In this document: positions 58,727-64,000 of the stretch, piece after piece
Layout: every line of letters begins with the position of its first letter
Position numbering within the stretch: position 1 is the stretch's first letter
DNA from: Terriglobia bacterium
GTDB taxonomy: Bacteria > Acidobacteriota > Terriglobia > JAJPHL01 > JAPKYU01
Assembly (NCBI GenBank): GCA_965206645.1
Contig: CBDBKE010000004.1
Coordinates: forward strand, 1,504,001 to 1,568,000
DNA: 64,000 nucleotides
Direction: 5' to 3'
The notes under the pieces: model-generated
The model's database searches: none
Told to the model about the DNA's origin: nothing
The model's input: only the letters and a program-made list of their open reading frames with translations
Made by a program: the position numbers and the translations under genes

Positions 58727-59941
58727 CTACAGCGGGACATCATTGATGCTGACGATGCCCAACAACATAGACAGCACCATCCCCCCGACCAGCAACCCCA
58801 TGACCAGGATCACCAGCGGCTCAAACAGGGCCGTGGCGCGCTTGATCGCATCCCGGGTGTCTTTGTCGTAAATATCAGCCATGCGCTGGAACATGGTATC
58901 CAACCTGCCAGTCTCTTCACCGACGGTGAGCAGGTGTCCCGCCAAGGGTGGGAAGGCACCGGTCTTCCGCAGCGGCCCGGCCAGACCCTCGCCGCGCTGC
59001 ACGCCCTTGGCGACCGCCGTCAGCGACTCTTCCATCACAACGTTGCCCAGCAGCCCCTTCACGATTTTCAAAGACTGCAGCAGCGGCACGCCGTTGGCCA
59101 GCAGCGTGGCCATGGTGCGGGCGAACCGCGCCGTCTCCACTTTGCGGAACACGTCGCCGGCCAGCGGCAGCTTCAGCTTCCACGCGTGCCAGCGCCGCCG
59201 GCCGGCGGGAGTACGTACGTAGTAACGGGCGCCAACAATCAGGGCCGCGAGGACCAGCGCCGCCATCCAGCCGTAGCGGTGGATCAGGTCGCTGGCCGCC
59301 AGCAGCAGGTAGGTGGGCGTGGGCACGGGGACGCCCGATTCGGAAAAGACCTGCGCGAATCTGGGAATCACGTAATGCATCATCACAAAGATCGAGCCCA
59401 CCCCGACCAGCGCCAGCAGCAGCGGGTAGATCATCGCCGAGATCAGGTAGCCGCGCAGCTCGTCGGAGGAGCTCTCCAACTCCGCCAGCCGCTCTAGCGA
59501 AACGCCGAGAGCACCAGACGCCTCACCGGCGCGGATCATGTTCCGGTACAGATCGGAAAACACCTGCGGGCGCGTCTCCAGGCTGTCGCCCAGCGACTTG
59601 CCCCCCTTCAGCTCCTGCAGGACGTCGGTAATGACGCTGCGGAATGTTTTCCGTTCCGTCAGCTCGGCGCAAATGGAAAGCGCGCGGTCCAGCGGCAGCC
59701 CGGAATTGACCAGCGTGGAAAGCTCCTGGGTGAAGAAGAGCCGGTCACGCGAGCGCACGCGCCCCCGGGTGAGCCACGGCAGCGGCAAGCCCGCCGCGGC
59801 TGGCTGCCTGCTACCGATGTAGACCGGCACCAGCCCCCGTCGCTGCAACTCGCGGGCGATGGCCTTCTCAGTCGCTCCGGAAAGAGCGCCCTGAGCGGGT
59901 TTGCCCGCCATCGTGACCGCGCGATAGAAATACTCAGGCAT
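58727..59941 (-). CDS. gspF: T2SS inner-membrane platform protein
   Basis: Duplicated GspF domain: AGEASGAL, AMIYP, VGEETGRL, LFEP. Confidence 0.93.
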   Translation of the reverse strand: MPEYFYRAVTMAGKPAQGALSGATEKAIARELQRRGLVPVYIGSRQPAAAGLPLPWLTRGRVRSRDRLFFTQELSTLVNSGLPLDRALSICAELTERKTFRSVITDVLQELKGGKSLGDSLETRPQVFSDLYRNMIRAGEASGALGVSLERLAELESSSDELRGYLISAMIYPLLLALVGVGSIFVMMHYVIPRFAQVFSESGVPVPTPTYLLLAASDLIHRYGWMAALVLAALIVGARYYVRTPAGRRRWHAWKLKLPLAGDVFRKVETARFARTMATLLANGVPLLQSLKIVKGLLGNVVMEESLTAVAKGVQRGEGLAGPLRKTGAFPPLAGHLLTVGEETGRLDTMFQRMADIYDKDTRDAIKRATALFEPLVILVMGLLVGGMVLSMLLGIVSINDVPL

Positions 59942-59954
59942 CTTTCAAATTGAC

Positions 59955-60026
59955 TCATTGACGACTGGTTCATTGACGATTGTCAAAATCAGCCTTCCAC
60001 AATCGTCAATGACTCAATCGTCAATC
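59955..60026. repeat. ATTGACG-based palindromic intergenic element
   Basis: TCATTGACGATTGT/ACAATCGTCAATGA perfect IR plus extra units; a related element lies at ~9263-9332. Confidence 0.65.
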
Positions 60027-60039
60027 TAACAATCTTCCC

Positions 60040-61677
60040 TCACACGTCCTGGGTCACCCGAACCACTTCCTCCACTGTGGTCACGCCCCGATAGACCTTG
60101 TCCCAGCCGTCCTCTTTCAAGGTGCGCATTCCGTTGCTTTGGGCAGCGGCGGCCAGCATCTTGGCGTCGGCGTTCTCGACCATCAGGCGGCGAATCTCGT
60201 CGTTCACATCCATCAGCTCAAGGATGCCCTGGCGCCCGCGGTAGCCGATGTGGGAACAGCGATCGCAGCCGGCGCCGCGATACACCGGTTGGTCGAGCGC
60301 CGCCTGGCGCTCATCCACCACCCGGCAGTGCGGGCAAATCACGCGCACCAGTCGCTGGGCCAGCACCGCCAGCAGCGAGGAGGAGATCAGGTAGTTCTCC
60401 ACGCCCATGTCGGTCAGCCGGGTGACGGCGCTGGGCGCGTCATTGGTGTGCAGGGTGGAGAAGACCAGGTGGCCGGTCAGTGCGGCGCGGATGGCGATCT
60501 CGGCCGTTTCCAGGTCCCGAATCTCCCCGACCATGATCACGTCCGGGTCCTGGCGCACGATGTGGCGCAGGCCGGCGGCAAACGTCAGCCCGATCTGCGG
60601 ATTGACGTGGATCTGGTTGATGCCGTCCATCTGGTATTCCACCGGGTCCTCGATGGTGATGATCTTCTTGTCGGGCAGATTGATGCGCTTCAGGACCGAG
60701 TACAGAGTGGTGGACTTGCCGCTGCCAGTCGGTCCGGTCACCAAGAAAATCCCATGCGGCTGCGAGCTGAGGCGCTCCACGCGCGTCATCATCGATTCGG
60801 GAAAGCCCAGGCTGGGGAGTTCATAGAAGTCGCCGGCGGAGCGGTCCAGCAGGCGCATCACGACGCTTTCACCGTGGAGGGTAGGCAGGGTGGAGACGCG
60901 CAGGTCAAGCTCCTTGCCCAGCGTCCGCAGCTGAATGCGGCCGTCCTGGGGCAGGCGGCGCTCGGCGATGTTGAGCCGCGCCATCAGTTTCAGGCGCGAG
61001 ATCACCGCCGCGCGCAACTCGCGCGGCGGCGCGTCCACGTTATACAGCACGCCGTCAATGCGGTAGCGCACGCGGAACTGCTTCTCGAAGGGTTCCAGGT
61101 GGATGTCGGAAGCGCGCTGTTCGACGGCCCGCGCGATCAGGTTGTTCACCAGCCGGATCACCGGAGCTTCGCTGGCCATGTCGCGCAACTGCTCGATATC
61201 CTCGGTCTCGACGCCGACGGCGGCCTCTCCGCTCTCGGAGCCAGCGCCCTCCTCCTCGCCCGGGAAGTATTTCTCCAGAGCCGCAAGAATCTCCGTCTCG
61301 GGCGCCAGCAGCGCGCGCACGTTCAGCTTGGTGTAGAGTCGGACCGCGGAGATGGTTTCAAAGTCGAGGGGGTCGGCCATGGCCAGCGTCACGGTGGAAT
61401 CCTCCACCACTAGGGGCAGAAAACGGAACTGGCGCATGAAGCGGGCCGAAAGGCCCTCGATGGCAGGCGACACGGCTGGAAACTCGGCTGCCGGAACGAT
61501 GGGGATTTCCAGCTGTTCGGAAAGCGCGGCCAGCACGTCGCGCGCGGCCACGTAGCCCAGGTCCGAGAGGATCTTGCCCAGCTTGTCGCGCCGCATCGAC
61601 TGCACTGCCAGGGCTTTGTCGAGTTCCTCGGCCTCCAGCTGCTCTCGCTCCACCAGGATTTCGCCCAGCCGCCGCAT
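60040..61677 (-). CDS. gspE: T2SS ATPase
   Basis: N-terminal RLGEILV motif, ASDIHLEP, GPTGSGKSTT, RQDPDVIMVGEIRD, tetra-Cys motif. Confidence 0.95.
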   Translation of the reverse strand: MRRLGEILVEREQLEAEELDKALAVQSMRRDKLGKILSDLGYVAARDVLAALSEQLEIPIVPAAEFPAVSPAIEGLSARFMRQFRFLPLVVEDSTVTLAMADPLDFETISAVRLYTKLNVRALLAPETEILAALEKYFPGEEEGAGSESGEAAVGVETEDIEQLRDMASEAPVIRLVNNLIARAVEQRASDIHLEPFEKQFRVRYRIDGVLYNVDAPPRELRAAVISRLKLMARLNIAERRLPQDGRIQLRTLGKELDLRVSTLPTLHGESVVMRLLDRSAGDFYELPSLGFPESMMTRVERLSSQPHGIFLVTGPTGSGKSTTLYSVLKRINLPDKKIITIEDPVEYQMDGINQIHVNPQIGLTFAAGLRHIVRQDPDVIMVGEIRDLETAEIAIRAALTGHLVFSTLHTNDAPSAVTRLTDMGVENYLISSSLLAVLAQRLVRVICPHCRVVDERQAALDQPVYRGAGCDRCSHIGYRGRQGILELMDVNDEIRRLMVENADAKMLAAAAQSNGMRTLKEDGWDKVYRGVTTVEEVVRVTQDV

Positions 61678-62282
61678 CAGAATTGCCGTAAGCTGATCAC
61701 CCTGGCCAGCCCTGCCGACCCGGGCTTGCGCCCCCCATCTTGCAGCTCCAGCAGGGCCTGGCGTTGCGCCTGCAGGACCACCTGGCCGGGAATTTCCGGG
61801 TAAGGCCGGGGATTGAACAGGTGAATGACCAAGGCCAGATTCTCCTCCGCGCCCAGTTGCGTTAGCCCGGCGCTTTCAGCCAGAAGCAGATCCCGGAGCC
61901 TGGATTGCAACTGTTGCAGCCTCTTCCGCTTCTGCTCTCGTTCGGTTTCCAGCTCCTTCTCCGAGAAGGCAGTCGGCGCAAAGGGGGAAATAAAGCGCAT
62001 CGGGTAGAGGTTCACTTCCGCATGAACCATGACTCCGAATCCGGCGAGATAGACGCTCTTCGGTTCCTGAAGAACGGCAAACGGCCGGTTCCCGAACATC
62101 TGCTGCAGGGAAGTGTTTACAGCGCGCTCCAATTGCAGCATCTGCCGCTTCAGTTCCGCTTGCTTCTTGCCAGTCGCAGTGGCCTGCGACTGCGGGACGG
62201 CAACCCACAGCGCCGCCCCCACGGCGAGCAGAGTCGCCAGATAAATCCGCAATCCGAAATTCGCAATCTGCAATCGTTTCAT
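61677..62282 (-). CDS. Exported hypothetical protein
   Basis: Signal peptide; overlaps both the anti-sigma gene and gspE. Confidence 0.7.
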   Translation of the reverse strand: MKRLQIANFGLRIYLATLLAVGAALWVAVPQSQATATGKKQAELKRQMLQLERAVNTSLQQMFGNRPFAVLQEPKSVYLAGFGVMVHAEVNLYPMRFISPFAPTAFSEKELETEREQKRKRLQQLQSRLRDLLLAESAGLTQLGAEENLALVIHLFNPRPYPEIPGQVVLQAQRQALLELQDGGRKPGSAGLARVISLRQF

Positions 62283-62968
62283 GGCCGTTCACCTTTCTCC
62301 GCCGGCAGACGGCTGGCTACCATCTCCAGCGCCAGACGATTCCGGTCGGCATCCTTATAAAAAATGGTCTGGGTCCGCTCAAAGTACCTCATTTGTTCGG
62401 CCAGCGAAGCGAACGCTGCCCGTTGGCGTCGTTCCAGTTGCGCGGACGCGGTTCCGATGAGCGCCTCGGCTTCCGCCTGCTGCCGCGCTTCGCTCTGGCG
62501 AACGGCAGCGTCCACCAGCCCCGCCACTTGCTCGCGGCTCAAGCCCGCTGATACCGGGCCGGCGGATGCAGAGCCAGTCGCCGGCGCCGCTCTCTGCTGG
62601 GAGGCGCCGAAGGCAATCTCCCACCGTTCCTGCTCCAGGACGACCCGCACGCGGGCCAGCGCCAGTGCCCCAACCAGCAGAGCGACAGCCGCGGCCACTC
62701 CCACCGGCACAGCAAAGGCGCGCCGCCATAATCCACTGCGTCCGAACAGACCTGCCTCCTGGCTTGCGCCCACGAATGCAATGCGCCGTGGCACTTCCTC
62801 CTGCGGCAGGCCCTGGACGAGAAGCTTCCGCGCCAGGTCCAGATCGGTCAGCTGGGCCCGGCAGGCATCGCACACCTGCAGGTGCTCCTGTACCTGTTTC
62901 CGTTCGACCGGACCGGCCTCGGCCAGCGCCAGGTCCATTAGTATTTGTTTTGCTTGTCCGCACGTCAT
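62279..62968 (-). CDS. Zinc-binding anti-sigma factor (ZAS, zf-HC2)
   Basis: MTC...EHLQVCDAC HxxxCxxC motif followed by a TM helix. Confidence 0.85.
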   Translation of the reverse strand: MTCGQAKQILMDLALAEAGPVERKQVQEHLQVCDACRAQLTDLDLARKLLVQGLPQEEVPRRIAFVGASQEAGLFGRSGLWRRAFAVPVGVAAAVALLVGALALARVRVVLEQERWEIAFGASQQRAAPATGSASAGPVSAGLSREQVAGLVDAAVRQSEARQQAEAEALIGTASAQLERRQRAAFASLAEQMRYFERTQTIFYKDADRNRLALEMVASRLPAEKGERP

Positions 62969-63047
62969 GACTCACCTCCTGCCCGCCGTAAGGGCAGGCA
63001 GCGCAGCCTCTCCGGCTGGACAGCAACAACGCCTGTCCAGGGGGTGG

Positions 63048-63698
63048 CTAGTGGTTGTGAAAGGCAGCCCGCGTCGCCACATCCTCGCCGAGAGCGTGCT
63101 TCAGTTGCTCGAACCCGGCGTAGACGCGGGATTTCACTGTGCTGAGGGGACAGGAGAGGATTTCGGCAATTTCGGCGAACTTAAAGCCGTGAATCACCTT
63201 GAGCAGCAGGGCCTGGCGTTGCTCGAAGGGAAGCTCCTCCAGGGCGCGGGCGACTATCAACTCCAGCTCCAGCGGGTACAGGCGCGGACCAGCGCCCAAT
63301 ACCACCTGAGCCTCGCCCCGCGAGGTAATTTCCCTTTCGCCCTCCTCCGGCCAACCGTCCGAATCAGTCCGGGCCGAATCAGCCCAGGCCGAATCAGCCT
63401 GGGGGCGGCGTCCGTCAGTGCGGAACTTCGAGCAGGCCAGGTTATGCGCGATCCGGAAGAGCCACTGGGGGAACTTCTCGGCATCGCCGAGCTTGACCAG
63501 GCCGCGGTAAGCCTTCAGAAAGGCTTCCTGCGCCAAGTCCTGGGCGTCTTCCCGGTTGCCGGTGGTACGCAGTAAGTAGTTGTACAGCTTCTTTTCCCAA
63601 CGGGATACAAGGACGTTATAGGCGTCCACCTCCCCGTGGGCCGCGCGGTCCACCAGCTCGCTATCCTCTGCCGTCCGAAACAGCAAATGGGCTCCCAC
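63048..63698 (-). CDS. ECF sigma factor
   Basis: DAQDLAQEAFLKAY, WLFRIAHN and EIAEIL..PLSTVKSR motifs. Confidence 0.92.
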   Translation of the reverse strand: MGAHLLFRTAEDSELVDRAAHGEVDAYNVLVSRWEKKLYNYLLRTTGNREDAQDLAQEAFLKAYRGLVKLGDAEKFPQWLFRIAHNLACSKFRTDGRRPQADSAWADSARTDSDGWPEEGEREITSRGEAQVVLGAGPRLYPLELELIVARALEELPFEQRQALLLKVIHGFKFAEIAEILSCPLSTVKSRVYAGFEQLKHALGEDVATRAAFHNH

Positions 63699-64000
63699 TT
63701 GGTCAGACGCCGCCGAAGCTCAAAAAGTCGAACCCGCCGGCCGAAAGGTTGATAGGGAGTATACCACGCGCCCGATCAGCCCACGGGGCGTTCCAATGCC
63801 CGATTCTGGATCCCCGAAGGTCACCGCGGAAGGCCTATGTATAGCCGTTAGTTGGCTTTGTATTGCAGTACATCCCCGGGTTGCAGTTTCTGATAGAGTG
63901 GGAGGGTGAGCCGAACGCTGCCAACGCTTTCGCCTGGGGTGGCCACTGGGCACTGGCAAGCCGGAGGCTGCGGTCGCGATGGGCCGCCCGTTCAGGAAGC

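Overview
GC-rich bacterial chromosome segment, most likely Acidobacteriota, judged from a TIGR03437-like C-terminal domain protein and Bryobacter/Solibacter-type surface proteins. It has three parts. (1) 1-27.6 kb is housekeeping: ispD/ispF, futalosine-pathway mqnA/mqnC, a lysine/DAP cluster (M20 peptidase, asd, lysC, dapB, dapA, dapD), aguB/aguA, GT9-hemD-hemY and amtB-glnK-porin. (2) ~27.6-49.8 kb is a mosaic accessory region holding a phage-type recombination module, three paralogues of a large acidic secreted S-layer-like protein, an intact tyrosine integrase, a toxin-antitoxin pair, two IS256-family elements, a RAYT relic with GTAG-type REP palindromes and part of a conjugative module. 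(3) 50.1-63.7 kb is a type II secretion operon headed by an ECF sigma/anti-sigma pair. The most striking structure is a pair of ~1.96 kb direct repeats (33054-35008 and 40471-42437), each carrying one S-layer-like gene, that bracket the integrase and its cargo. Only the right copy lies behind tandem sigma70-like promoters. Homology ends just inside the predicted transcript start, and the copies differ mostly by amino-acid-changing patches. This suggests a surface-protein cassette or allele-switching system. Many truncations and frameshifts in part 2 could be assembly artefacts. All assignments come from motif recognition by eye; no database searches were run.
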